DNA of 42,635 nucleotides, taken from positions 1-42,635 of the forward strand of contig JAHZFC010000001.1 of assembly GCA_019421525.1 (NCBI GenBank). Direction: 5' to 3'. This DNA is from Clostridiales bacterium. GTDB taxonomy: Bacteria; Bacillota; Clostridia; Oscillospirales; Oscillospiraceae. Each line of letters starts with the position of its first letter. Positions within the stretch are counted from its first letter, which is position 1. Below the pieces are notes generated by a model, which had not been told where the DNA came from, did not search any database, and worked only from the letters and a program-made list of their open reading frames with translations. The translations under genes were made by a program, and so were the position numbers. Below, in pieces: positions 16,867 to 24,979 of this stretch.

Positions 16867-17584
16867 CTTCGCATCCCTCCAAAATAAATCGGTTTTTCTC
16901 CAGCTCCAGCAGGGCCTCATCCCGCCAGTCCTGGCTATCGTCTCCGGGGCCTCCCCCCGGTGGGTCTGTGTCCTCGTGCGGCTGGCTTCCGCCGTACCGC
17001 TTGGCCTTGATGATCCCCGCCTCCTTCTGGGCGGGCACTGCCACCAGGCTCACCTCATAGGCGTCCCTGGGGTCATCCAGGTCAAAGTGGCAAACCTGGC
17101 CGTCATACTCCCGGCCGCCGCTGTGCTTGCACAGGGTTTCCAGCTGATTTGCCCCGCAGATGGAGCAGGTCACCCGGGCCACCGCCACCCCTACGGAGCA
17201 CTCCCGGAGCATGCCGCTCTCAATGGCGGCGATGGTCTCCGCCGTGCCCTCCGTCCGGGGCATGTAGCAGCGCAACACCAGCCGGTGGACCTCCCCCTGG
17301 GCCTCCACCTCGGCGGCATATACCCGGGCGGTCTGCACCCCGGCGCTCCACTGATGGTCCTTGAGCACCGGCTTGCCCACATACAACTGGGCCATCTGCT
17401 CCAGACAGGCCACGGTAAACCGCTCGTTGTCCCGGTCCACCTGGTCGTCACAGGCCGCCAGGCGGAAGGTGAACACCTCTTCCGCCGCCAGCGGCCGCAG
17501 GGCCTGGGCATTGATCAGCGCCAGCTCCTTCTCATCCACGGCCACCGATTTCATGATCCGGGCGGCCTTACAAAAATCGCTCAC
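16841..17584 (-). CDS. Prohead maturation protease (HK97-like)
   Basis: DRDNERF, LKDHQW, RECSVG, CSICG, AYEVSLVAVPAQ motifs. Confidence 0.85.
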   Translation of the reverse strand: MSDFCKAARIMKSVAVDEKELALINAQALRPLAAEEVFTFRLAACDDQVDRDNERFTVACLEQMAQLYVGKPVLKDHQWSAGVQTARVYAAEVEAQGEVHRLVLRCYMPRTEGTAETIAAIESGMLRECSVGVAVARVTCSICGANQLETLCKHSGGREYDGQVCHFDLDDPRDAYEVSLVAVPAQKEAGIIKAKRYGGSQPHEDTDPPGGGPGDDSQDWRDEALLELEKNRFILEGCEDETQTDRA

Positions 17585-17601
17585 GTCCTCACTCCCTTCG
17601 G

Positions 17602-17685
17602 AAAACAAAAAAGCGCCTGAGACAAGGGCGGGTCTCCCCGTCCTCGGCTCAGGCGCTGGCCCTTTCGGGCTCTGGCTCAGGCTCT
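17602..17685 (-). terminator. Box-containing terminator/attenuator C, upstream of the protease-capsid genes
   Basis: AGAGCCTGAGCC (17685-74), 16 nt, AGCGCCTGAGCC (17657-46) pairing with CTCAGGCGCT, then TTTTTGTTTT. Confidence 0.8.
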
Positions 17686-18316
17686 ATTTGTTTTTTCTAA
17701 CAGGTTCGGTCAATGCGCGTTCAACGGGCCAACCGTACACAAAAATCCTTCTTGATATTGTGGCCCGGTGTATACCAGTTATCTCTGCCCATTGTGAAAG
17801 TGTCCGAGTTTCTTTGTTTAAAGTCAGCAATGTATTATTTCGTCTATTGTTTTCTTGTGTTTTAATAGTCGTCCATCTACAGTTTTCTGGTGAATATCCC
17901 TCATTGTTGTCAATCCTGTCTATGGTTAGCCTATCGTCATACCCATTATCATTTGCCCATTCCCGAAACACCGCAAAGTCGCTCCACGCAACACAAACTC
18001 TGATTCCCCTGCCACCATAATTTTCATAATGCGGAGCCTTCGGGTCATTGCATCTGCGATTCATGTCAATCCAAATTGAATATAGGCGGGTTCCCTTCCC
18101 CCCATGCTTTGTTGCTATGACACTCATGCGCCGGGGCAACCCACAACCACAATCAAGCGACTTGCCATCTCGTAGGTTATGCCCATGCCGTATAACAGTT
18201 TTTCCGCAGTCGCACCGGCATATCCATCTGGTATTCCCGAATTTATCGTTCTCCGCTCTCTGTACAACTGTTAGGTTGCCCACTCTTTTCCCAGTTAAAT
18301 CAATTAACCTTGACAT
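17684..18316 (-). CDS. HNH-like endonuclease-family protein with DLTG.R.G N-terminus (moron copy 1)
   Basis: MSRLIDLTGK, CRCDCG, YGGRGI.VC..W, LTIDRIDNNEGYSPENCRW motifs. Confidence 0.85.
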   Translation of the reverse strand: MSRLIDLTGKRVGNLTVVQRAENDKFGNTRWICRCDCGKTVIRHGHNLRDGKSLDCGCGLPRRMSVIATKHGGKGTRLYSIWIDMNRRCNDPKAPHYENYGGRGIRVCVAWSDFAVFREWANDNGYDDRLTIDRIDNNEGYSPENCRWTTIKTQENNRRNNTLLTLNKETRTLSQWAEITGIHRATISRRIFVYGWPVERALTEPVRKNK

Positions 18317-18611
18317 CTGCCATCTCCGTCTCCTCATGCTCCGCCAGCCACTTCCGCCGCCGGGCCACATGGGCATCCACGTCCTCAAACTTGGCATAGT
18401 GCTCCGGGTGGGCCAGGCGGCTCTCCAGACACCGTTTCTGCCACTGGTAGTCGCTCATCTGCGGGATGTCCAGGATGGGCACAAAGCCGTGTTTTTGCGT
18501 GGGCTGCAATCCGATCACTCGGAAGTATCGTCCCCCCAGTTCCTGATAGAGACCTCCGTCCATGATGACGGTGCCGGGTATGTCCCCCTCTTTCACATTG
18601 ACGTAGTTCAT
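18300..18611 (-). CDS. Hypothetical 103-aa protein (paralog of 23398-23709)
   Basis: AGGAGG RBS; near-identical to the second copy. Confidence 0.85.
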   Translation of the reverse strand: MNYVNVKEGDIPGTVIMDGGLYQELGGRYFRVIGLQPTQKHGFVPILDIPQMSDYQWQKRCLESRLAHPEHYAKFEDVDAHVARRRKWLAEHEETEMADVKVN

Positions 18612-18721
18612 AAAAACCTCCTGTTGATTTCCCCCGGAGGTTATGGCATAATAGATTTACCAAACCTTCGGGTGCGGTGCATAAGGCAATCGGGATTTGC
18701 TTGCGAGGCGGCCCGGTTGTC

Positions 18722-18898
18722 TTATTTTTTCAGCCTATCATACTGTTCCTGTATGCCCTTCCGCACAATTTCTGAACGAGATAGCTTTTCGACCTCACAA
18801 CAGCTGTCAAGCTTTTCTAAAGTCTCTTTATCCATGCGGACACGAAGCATATAGTCTTTCAGGCTTTCAGTAGGACGGCCCATCTTTTGAGCAGCCAC
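18722..18898 (-). CDS. Ribbon-helix-helix (CopG-like) regulator, 58 aa
   Basis: GTG start; MGRP...LRVRMDKETLEKLD...SRSEIVRKGI pattern. Confidence 0.8.
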   Translation of the reverse strand: MAAQKMGRPTESLKDYMLRVRMDKETLEKLDSCCEVEKLSRSEIVRKGIQEQYDRLKK

Positions 18899-18914
18899 AT
18901 ATTCACCGCCTTTC

Positions 18915-18957
18915 GTTGCTACATAAGTATAATATCGCTTGTAGCAACAAAAGTCAA
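18915..18957 (-). promoter_or_regulatory. Moron promoter with inverted-repeat operator
   Basis: TTGACT-17bp-TATTAT; GTTGCTACA (18915-23) / TGTAGCAAC (18940-48). Confidence 0.7.
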
Positions 18958-18975
18958 GAGGTTTTATGAAATTTT

Positions 18976-20262
18976 TTATTCGCTGGCCGGGCGGCTCTCC
19001 GCCCGGGTGGTGCTCAGCCTCTGGAAGTCCTCCAGCGGCACATAGTTCAGGCTGGCGTAGTGGGTGTCCCCGCCGGGCACCGGGTTCAGGTCCTCCAGGG
19101 CCCGGATGTCGTTCACCGAGAATACCCCCGTCTCCCGCATGTCCTTGTACCATGTCGCCCGGCTGGCGCTGTCCCCCCGCAGTTCGCCCAGGAGGTTGAT
19201 CCGCACCTCCAGCCCCTGGCGCAACTCGCTGTCGGTGAGCAGCTTATAGCTCAGCTCCTCCTCATACTGGGTGACGATGGGGTGGAGGGTGCCCACCACA
19301 TACTCGATGGCGTTCTGTTCGTTGCTGCTGTAACTCTGTTTCCCCTCCTGGAGCTTGTACAGGGGCACCCCGAAGTACCGGGCCAGGTCCTTGACGCTCA
19401 CGTCCTGGCTCTCCACAAACTGGGCGTCCGCGTTGCTCCCGCCCATCGCCTCATAGCTTAACCCGAGGTCAAGAATCGCCACCCGGTGGCTGTTGCTGGG
19501 CCCCATGTGGACCCGCTCCCACTCCTGCCGGATGATATCCCGCTTGGTCACATAGCTCCCGTCTGTGCGCTGGATGGGCTTCCCGTCCGCCCCCTTGGCA
19601 TAGCCGCCGATGTCGGCCTCTGTCTTGAGCACCCCGGAGGGCTGGCCGCCGTTTTGGTAGTAGCTCAGGCCGTACTGCTGCTGGGCCCGGGCGGCCTGGA
19701 TGGTCTCGCTGGCCCGCCGCAGTATGCTGATCCCCACAAGGCCGTCCTTGCTGGCCCCCTTGACGTGGACCATGTCCTCGTTGGGCAGGCGCATGGCCTT
19801 CCCGGTCACCGGGTGGCTCACGTCATACCACACCCGTCCGGCCAGGTCCCGCCAGGGCTGTACCAGCCGCCAAGGCACCGGGATCAGCTCCCGGGGCCGC
19901 CCCGTCCGCTCAGACCGGACGATCCACAGGTACCCGTTGCCCCCCTCCAGGCGGCAGGTCTCCACCAGCTTCTTGGCCACGCTGGGCGCCATGGCCGGAT
20001 TGGCCCGGATATTCAGCAGGTACAGCAGCGGGTGGTCGATCCGCTCCCGGGTCCGGCTGTCAAAGACATAGATGGGCAGCTTGGCCATGGAGTCGCTGAG
20101 GATCTCGATACACCGGTCCACCACGCTCAGCTTCCGGGCGGCCTCATCCGGCACTTCTGTGCCGCCGACCGGATATCCGGCGGCGATCAGGTCCGCCGTG
20201 GTCAGCGCCTTTCCCCGCACCGGCGCCCGGGCCAGGGCCCGCAGCCCCTTGGACAGACTCAT
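18976..20262 (-). CDS. Portal protein, HK97 family
   Basis: DGLVGIS, DAQFVES...DLARYFGVP, SYSSNEQ, SVNDIRALEDL.P.PGGD motifs. Confidence 0.95.
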   Translation of the reverse strand: MSLSKGLRALARAPVRGKALTTADLIAAGYPVGGTEVPDEAARKLSVVDRCIEILSDSMAKLPIYVFDSRTRERIDHPLLYLLNIRANPAMAPSVAKKLVETCRLEGGNGYLWIVRSERTGRPRELIPVPWRLVQPWRDLAGRVWYDVSHPVTGKAMRLPNEDMVHVKGASKDGLVGISILRRASETIQAARAQQQYGLSYYQNGGQPSGVLKTEADIGGYAKGADGKPIQRTDGSYVTKRDIIRQEWERVHMGPSNSHRVAILDLGLSYEAMGGSNADAQFVESQDVSVKDLARYFGVPLYKLQEGKQSYSSNEQNAIEYVVGTLHPIVTQYEEELSYKLLTDSELRQGLEVRINLLGELRGDSASRATWYKDMRETGVFSVNDIRALEDLNPVPGGDTHYASLNYVPLEDFQRLSTTRAESRPASE

Positions 20263-20438
20263 CCGTCATCACCCCCGCTCAGGCTGGACAGCACCGCCCC
20301 GGCCATGGCCAGCACGCCCCCGGTGATGAGGCCCGCCGGAAGATAGATCATCCCGGCCCCCACCGCCACCGCGGCGGCCCCGGCCACCAGCACCAGGTCC
20401 ACGGCGTACCGGGCCAAATTCTTCAGCAGTTTTTTCAT
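20259..20438 (-). CDS. Small two-TM membrane protein between terL and portal (59 aa)
   Basis: MKKLLKNLARYAVDLVLVAGAAAVAVGAGMIYLPAGLITGGVLAMAG...; stop overlaps the portal ATG. Confidence 0.75.
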   Translation of the reverse strand: MKKLLKNLARYAVDLVLVAGAAAVAVGAGMIYLPAGLITGGVLAMAGAVLSSLSGGDDG

Positions 20439-20448
20439 ATCATTCCCC

Positions 20449-22182
20449 CTACATGCCCCAGCCCGGCCGGTCCATGGCCGCCGCCAGGTCCGGCTTCTGG
20501 TTCTGCGCCACGATGGCCGTGGCCATACTAATCACCCAGGCCACCGTGATGTCGATGCGGCCAATGCTGCGGTTTTTCATAGGCCGGATGTTTTCGTTGG
20601 CATCCACATAGCAACGTACGTTTCCAAAGCACCATCTGGCCGCTGTCGAATGGACGTGGAGCATCTCGTGGGCCCGGATGAGCCGCTCCAGCTCCTTCAT
20701 GGCCGGGCTCATGTGCATCATGGTCTGTGGGACCTCCACCACCGTCAGCCCCCGCTCGGTCAGGCGCTGGGTCAGCGTCCGGGACAGGTAGGGGTCCACC
20801 CCCAGCATCTCCAGCTGGTAGGTCTCCGCCGCCTGGGCGATGGCCTCCTCCACCTGGGTGTAGTCGATCATGTCCCCGGGGCACAGCTCCAAAAAGCCTG
20901 CCCGAGCCCAGTCCCGATAGGGCACGTGGTCCCGCTGCTCCGCCTCCAGCACCCCCTCCTGGGGCCGCCAGGCCTTCGGCAGGGCCACCCAGGTGTCCAG
21001 CCCCGGCTGGGGCGGGAAGATGAGCACAAAGGCCGTCAGGTCGGTGGTGGTGGACAGGTCCAGCCCGCCATAACACATCTTTCCCGTCAGGGTCTCCCGG
21101 ACCCATTCCTCCCGCTCGGCCTTGGCCGAGGGGCCTATCTGGGTCTTGTCATACAGGGTCAGGGGCAGCCACGAGACATCTTTTGTTGCAATCCATTGGT
21201 TCAAACGGAGCCACCGGAAATTCCGTTCCGCCGCCTCGCTCTGCCGGGCCGCCCGGGCGTCCGCCCGGAACTGCCTGGGCTTGATGGTCACCCCATAGGA
21301 GGGGTTGCACTGCTTCCACAGCTCCTCGTCGTAGATGTCCAGAGCGGCGATCTTGTCCGGGTCGTCCCCGGTCAGGATGCTGATGCCGTACATGATAGGG
21401 CACCACGCCGGGTCGTCCTGGTCCAAGGGCTGCTCCGGCTCCCCCCGGCGCCAGGCCAGCAGACGCCGGCACTTTTCATGGATCTCCCAGCCAATGCTCT
21501 TCCGGTCCGGGTCATCCCCGGCGGTGGTCAGCACGATCACCGCCTGCTGCCGCCGGGCGGCGTCCGATCCGGTGGTGAGCACGTCCCACAGCCGCCGGTT
21601 GGGCTGGGCGTGGAGCTCATCAATCAGGATCGCCGAGAATGAGTAGCCGTGTTTCGTATCGGCGTCGGAGGAGTAGACCTTCATGATCCCCCCGAACCGG
21701 GTTCGGATCTCCCGCACGCTGTCCCGGCACCAGGCCAGGGGCCGGTGGCCCGGCTGGCTCAGGGCGGTGTGCTCCACCATGTACTTGGCGCACTGGTAGA
21801 TGATGTCCGCATTGGTCTTGTCCGCCGCGAAGATACCCACCTGGGGCCGGGCCTCCCCGTCTGCCAGCAGGTGGTGGAGGCCCAGGCCGGCGGCAAATTC
21901 GCTCTTGCCGTTTTTTTTGGCGATCTCATCGTACAAAAAGCGGCGGTAGCGCACCCAGTTGCCGTCGTCATCCAGCACCTGGACGCCGTAAAACTCCCGG
22001 ATGGCCTGCTCCTCCCAGGGCAGGAGGGTAAAGGGCTTTCCCGCCCACTCGTTTTGCCCGAATACCAGCAGGGAGAAAAACCCCATGACCCGGTCCACAG
22101 CCTCCTGGCTGTACCGCAGCTGGGCCCCATCCTCCGGCTTGGGCACCTGGATGTACGGGGTCAGCCTCATCATGTCAGGCAC
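20449..22182 (-). CDS. terL: Terminase large subunit
   Basis: IAKKNGKS Walker A, IDELH Walker B, TTAG, GGLDLSTTTDLTA, RIDITVA motifs. Confidence 0.95.
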   Translation of the reverse strand: MPDMMRLTPYIQVPKPEDGAQLRYSQEAVDRVMGFFSLLVFGQNEWAGKPFTLLPWEEQAIREFYGVQVLDDDGNWVRYRRFLYDEIAKKNGKSEFAAGLGLHHLLADGEARPQVGIFAADKTNADIIYQCAKYMVEHTALSQPGHRPLAWCRDSVREIRTRFGGIMKVYSSDADTKHGYSFSAILIDELHAQPNRRLWDVLTTGSDAARRQQAVIVLTTAGDDPDRKSIGWEIHEKCRRLLAWRRGEPEQPLDQDDPAWCPIMYGISILTGDDPDKIAALDIYDEELWKQCNPSYGVTIKPRQFRADARAARQSEAAERNFRWLRLNQWIATKDVSWLPLTLYDKTQIGPSAKAEREEWVRETLTGKMCYGGLDLSTTTDLTAFVLIFPPQPGLDTWVALPKAWRPQEGVLEAEQRDHVPYRDWARAGFLELCPGDMIDYTQVEEAIAQAAETYQLEMLGVDPYLSRTLTQRLTERGLTVVEVPQTMMHMSPAMKELERLIRAHEMLHVHSTAARWCFGNVRCYVDANENIRPMKNRSIGRIDITVAWVISMATAIVAQNQKPDLAAAMDRPGWGM

Positions 22183-22660
22183 GCTTCTGGCCTCCCTGGA
22201 TCAGCTGCAGGAAGGGGTTATCCTCTTCCCCCTTCTGTGGGCTGTCCGGCACCACCAGCCGGCACCGGCTGGTCACCGTCAGCCCCATGTCGTTTCCGGC
22301 ATTTCTGGCCTGCTTGAAGTGCCGTTCCTGGATGCGCCCCCAGGCGTCAGCCCCCTCCTGATCCTTCCGGGCCAGGGCCTTGTCCGTCTCCTTCGCCGCG
22401 ACGAGGTACTGGCGCTGGGCGATGAGGTATCGGCCCAGGGTGTCACCGTCCAGGTCGGTATACAGCCCCGCCGCCAGCAGCTTCCTGCCCAGGGCCCGGA
22501 AATCCTTTTTCAGGTCCTCCGGCACCCACTTTGGCACCTTCACCGTCTTGGGGCGCTCCACCTGCACCTCCCCGGCCCGCCGCTGGGCCTCCTCGGTCTT
22601 GGACAGGTGCTTTCGCCCCTTGGCTTTGATCACATCCGTGGGCTGTCTCGGTCCCGGCAT
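22175..22660 (-). CDS. terS: Terminase small subunit, P27 family
   Basis: MPGPRQP..., GLT.TSRCRL C-terminal motif; upstream of terL. Confidence 0.9.
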   Translation of the reverse strand: MPGPRQPTDVIKAKGRKHLSKTEEAQRRAGEVQVERPKTVKVPKWVPEDLKKDFRALGRKLLAAGLYTDLDGDTLGRYLIAQRQYLVAAKETDKALARKDQEGADAWGRIQERHFKQARNAGNDMGLTVTSRCRLVVPDSPQKGEEDNPFLQLIQGGQKRA

Positions 22661-22674
22661 CGTTCCACCCCCTC

Positions 22675-22765
22675 AAACAAAATAACAGCGGCCAGCACCC
22701 TGGTCATACAGTCCTACCTCTGTATGGCTCAGGCGCTGGCCGCTATGGGCTCTGGCTCAGGCTCT
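22675..22765 (-). terminator. Box-containing terminator/attenuator B, upstream of terS
   Basis: AGAGCCTGAGCC (22765-54), 16 nt, AGCGCCTGAGCC (22737-26) inside a long stem, then TTATTTTGTTT. Confidence 0.75.
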
Positions 22766-23414
22766 ATTTTCGATGATTTCTGCACTCTGCATGGACTGGC
22801 TCACTAAAAATTCTCTCAGCTGGCCAGCCACGTTCAAATCGACTGGAAATTAGCGTCACTGGGATGCCCGTTTCCTCAGCCCATTCTCCAAGTGTTTTCT
22901 CCTCCCCATGATATTGCAGTTTGCGGTTATATCGCTTATTTCGGCCCTGCTCCTTTGCTGTTGCCCACCTGCAATTTTCGGGAGAATATCCAGCGTTGAC
23001 ATCAATTCGGTCAATCGTCAAATCATCACGATACCCGGAAGTGAGTGCCCAAGCGGCAAATGCTTCAAACGACGTTTCCCACTCTGGACAAACACATATC
23101 CCTCTGCCGCCATAATCCACATAAGACTTGCTCGTCGGGCAAATACAACGGGTTTTCATAGAACACCAGATAGAATAAAGTCGACTATCAGATTGCCCGT
23201 GCGACCTATGCGGTGTGTGTAGCCACTCCAACATCAGACACCCACAGCTTCTTGTCAACCCGTGGCGCAACCTATAGCCATCCACCTCGCATAGATTCCC
23301 ACAGTCGCACAGGCATACCCACATCGCATGACCCGCTTTTCTGTTCCTCGTGGACCGTTCTATCACGGATAAGCGGCCAAACCTCTGCCCAGTCAAATCA
23401 ATCAGCCTTGACAT
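22764..23414 (-). CDS. HNH-like endonuclease-family protein (moron copy 2)
   Basis: MSRLIDLTGQRFG, CLCDCG, YGGRGICVC.EW, LTIDRIDVNAGYSPENCRW motifs. Confidence 0.85.
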   Translation of the reverse strand: MSRLIDLTGQRFGRLSVIERSTRNRKAGHAMWVCLCDCGNLCEVDGYRLRHGLTRSCGCLMLEWLHTPHRSHGQSDSRLYSIWCSMKTRCICPTSKSYVDYGGRGICVCPEWETSFEAFAAWALTSGYRDDLTIDRIDVNAGYSPENCRWATAKEQGRNKRYNRKLQYHGEEKTLGEWAEETGIPVTLISSRFERGWPAERIFSEPVHAECRNHRK

Positions 23415-23709
23415 CTGCCGTCTCCATCTCTTTGTGCTCTGCCAGCCACTTCCGCAGCCGGGCCACTGTGGCCTCCACGTCCTCCCTCTCGGCGTACCGC
23501 TCCGGGTGGGCCAGGCGGCTCTCCAGGGCGCCCTTCTGCCACTGGTAGTCGCTCATATGCGGGATATCCAGGATGGGCACAAAGCCGATGCCCTCCGTTG
23601 GCTGCAATCCGATCACCCGGAAGTACCGTCCCCCCAGTTCCTGATAGAGGCCTCCGTCTCGGATGACGGTGCCGGGGATGTCCCCCTCTTTCACATTGAC
23701 GTATTTCAT
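23398..23709 (-). CDS. Hypothetical 103-aa protein (paralog of 18300-18611)
   Basis: AGGAGG RBS, ATG 23709; near-identical to the first copy. Confidence 0.85.
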   Translation of the reverse strand: MKYVNVKEGDIPGTVIRDGGLYQELGGRYFRVIGLQPTEGIGFVPILDIPHMSDYQWQKGALESRLAHPERYAEREDVEATVARLRKWLAEHKEMETADVKAD

Positions 23710-23823
23710 AAAAACCTCCTGTTGATTTCCCACAGGCGGTCTGATAGAATAGATTTATCAAACCTCCGTGGTTTGGTGAATAGAACGCTCACTCGGTCTT
23801 TAGCGGGACGGTGGGCGTTCTTT

Positions 23824-23997
23824 TTATGCCTCTGAGACCAAAAGTAAGTCAATCCCTCTCCGAATTGCCTCAGCAGTAGTAATGCTATGTTTTAAGCAAT
23901 ACTCAGCCAGTTTCCGGGACATTTGGGAATCCAGACGAACCTTCACATCATGGCTTTTGGGATTTTCCGATTTTGGTCTCCCTGTCCGTGGAGACAT
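23824..23997 (-). CDS. Ribbon-helix-helix (CopG-like) regulator, 57 aa
   Basis: MSPRTGRPKSENPKSHDVKVRLDSQMSRKLAEYCLKHSITTAEAIRRGIDLLL; GAGGTG RBS. Confidence 0.85.
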   Translation of the reverse strand: MSPRTGRPKSENPKSHDVKVRLDSQMSRKLAEYCLKHSITTAEAIRRGIDLLLVSEA

Positions 23998-24008
23998 CTT
24001 CTCACCTC

Positions 24009-24059
24009 ACTTTTTGAGTTCCACAAATTCACTATACTATTTGGAACTCAAAAAGTCAA
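24009..24059 (-). promoter_or_regulatory. Moron promoter with a 15-bp perfect inverted-repeat operator
   Basis: TTGACT-17bp-TATAGT; ACTTTTTGAGTTCCA (24009-23) / TGGAACTCAAAAAGT (24042-56). Confidence 0.8.
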
Positions 24060-24089
24060 GAGGCCTTATAAAATTTTTCTCAACATCGC

Positions 24090-24190
24090 ATTTTCCCATG
24101 GGGAGAAAACCCTCTCCCTACTGGCTGGGGCGGTCTCCCCTTCGTTGGCCGAAAACAATTTCACGGTGGGGGAGGGTGAAGGAAATTTGC
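24090..24190. other. Probable cos/packaging region
   Basis: Non-coding G/C-run-rich stretch just after the packaging HNH gene, the usual cos position in HNH-terS-terL phages; cut site not identifiable. Confidence 0.35.
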
Positions 24191-24255
24191 TAAAATTTCT
24201 CGCCCGCGCCCGCCGGCGCGCCCGGGCCGCACACCCGCGCCCGAAGCTAGCCCGC

Positions 24256-24630
24256 TCACCGCCTGCTCCTGCCCGAATTTTTCCGCCGATTTTGCCACTG
24301 GTCACGCATGGTCTTGCGGCTGTGGCAAGAGTGGCAAAGGCTCTGCAGGTTGTCCCGGTCTGCAAACAGCGCCCAGTCTCCCCGGTGGTCCCGCACATGG
24401 TCCACATCGGTGGCCGGCGTGCGGATGCCCCGCAGGGCGCACTCCCGGCAGAAGGGCTCCCGGAGCAGCTGCCCCGGCCGCAGGTCCTCCGTCCAGATGG
24501 GCAGGGAATACCAGCTGTGCCACTGGGCAGATTCCCGCCGGGCGGCCTGCTTGGGCTTGTGTTTCGAGCAGTATCCGTCCCTGGTCAGCGCCCCGCATCC
24601 GGGGTGCCGGCAGGGCCTGAGCGGCTTCAT
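24256..24630 (-). CDS. Packaging-associated HNH endonuclease (HK97 gp74-like)
   Basis: PCRHPGC, EPFCREC, VDHV.DH.GD..LF.D..NLQSLCHSCHSRKT motifs. Confidence 0.92.
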   Translation of the reverse strand: MKPLRPCRHPGCGALTRDGYCSKHKPKQAARRESAQWHSWYSLPIWTEDLRPGQLLREPFCRECALRGIRTPATDVDHVRDHRGDWALFADRDNLQSLCHSCHSRKTMRDQWQNRRKNSGRSRR

Positions 24631-24654
24631 GGTCACGGGCTATCACCTCCGGGC

Positions 24655-24742
24655 AAACAAAAAAGCGCCCAAGCCTCGACACACACTCTCGTGTTGGTCT
24701 TGGCTCAGGCGCTTGTCGGGTCCCGACGTTGGCTCAGGCTCT
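24655..24742 (-). terminator. Box-containing terminator/attenuator A, at the start of the late operon
   Basis: AGAGCCTGAGCC (24742-31), 17 nt with hairpin, AGCGCCTGAGCC (24713-02) pairing with GGCTTGGGCGCT, then TTTTTGTTT. Confidence 0.8.
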
Positions 24743-24908
24743 GGTCGATATTCACGATGGACTCCTGCCCGCATCGCTTGCAGTACACCGGCAGGTCTTT
24801 GGCTGTTGTCCCCGGCGTCAGCCGCAGGACCTTGTGCTTGCCGCATACCGGGCAGAGCAACCAGCCATCTTTCACGATTAGTTTACCACACTTTCCTTGG
24901 GTTTGCAA
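24705..24908 (-). CDS. Cys-rich KTR-like zinc-ribbon protein
   Basis: WLLCPVCG...T.AKDLPVYCKRCGQE..VNI pattern; TTG start with AAAAGGGG RBS. Confidence 0.8.
   Translation of the reverse strand: MQTQGKCGKLIVKDGWLLCPVCGKHKVLRLTPGTTAKDLPVYCKRCGQESIVNIDQSLSQRRDPTSA
24880..24908 (-). promoter_or_regulatory. Putative late promoter inside the 5' end of the KTR gene
   Basis: TTGCAA (24908-03)-17bp-TGn-TAAACT (24885-80). Confidence 0.6.
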
Positions 24909-24979
24909 TGCTTTGGCCCCCTTTTCTCAAGCTCATGTCCATTTGTTATACATGCTTGCAAGTGCAATAAATATAAGAG

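Noticed and set aside
18300..23770. Duplicated segment as a DGR template/variable repeat pair
   Set aside because: No reverse transcriptase in the window; both copies are intact genes and the differences are not confined to adenines
17602..24742. GGCTCAGGC repeats as a CRISPR array
   Set aside because: 12-bp boxes in three pairs kilobases apart, with no repeat-spacer periodicity
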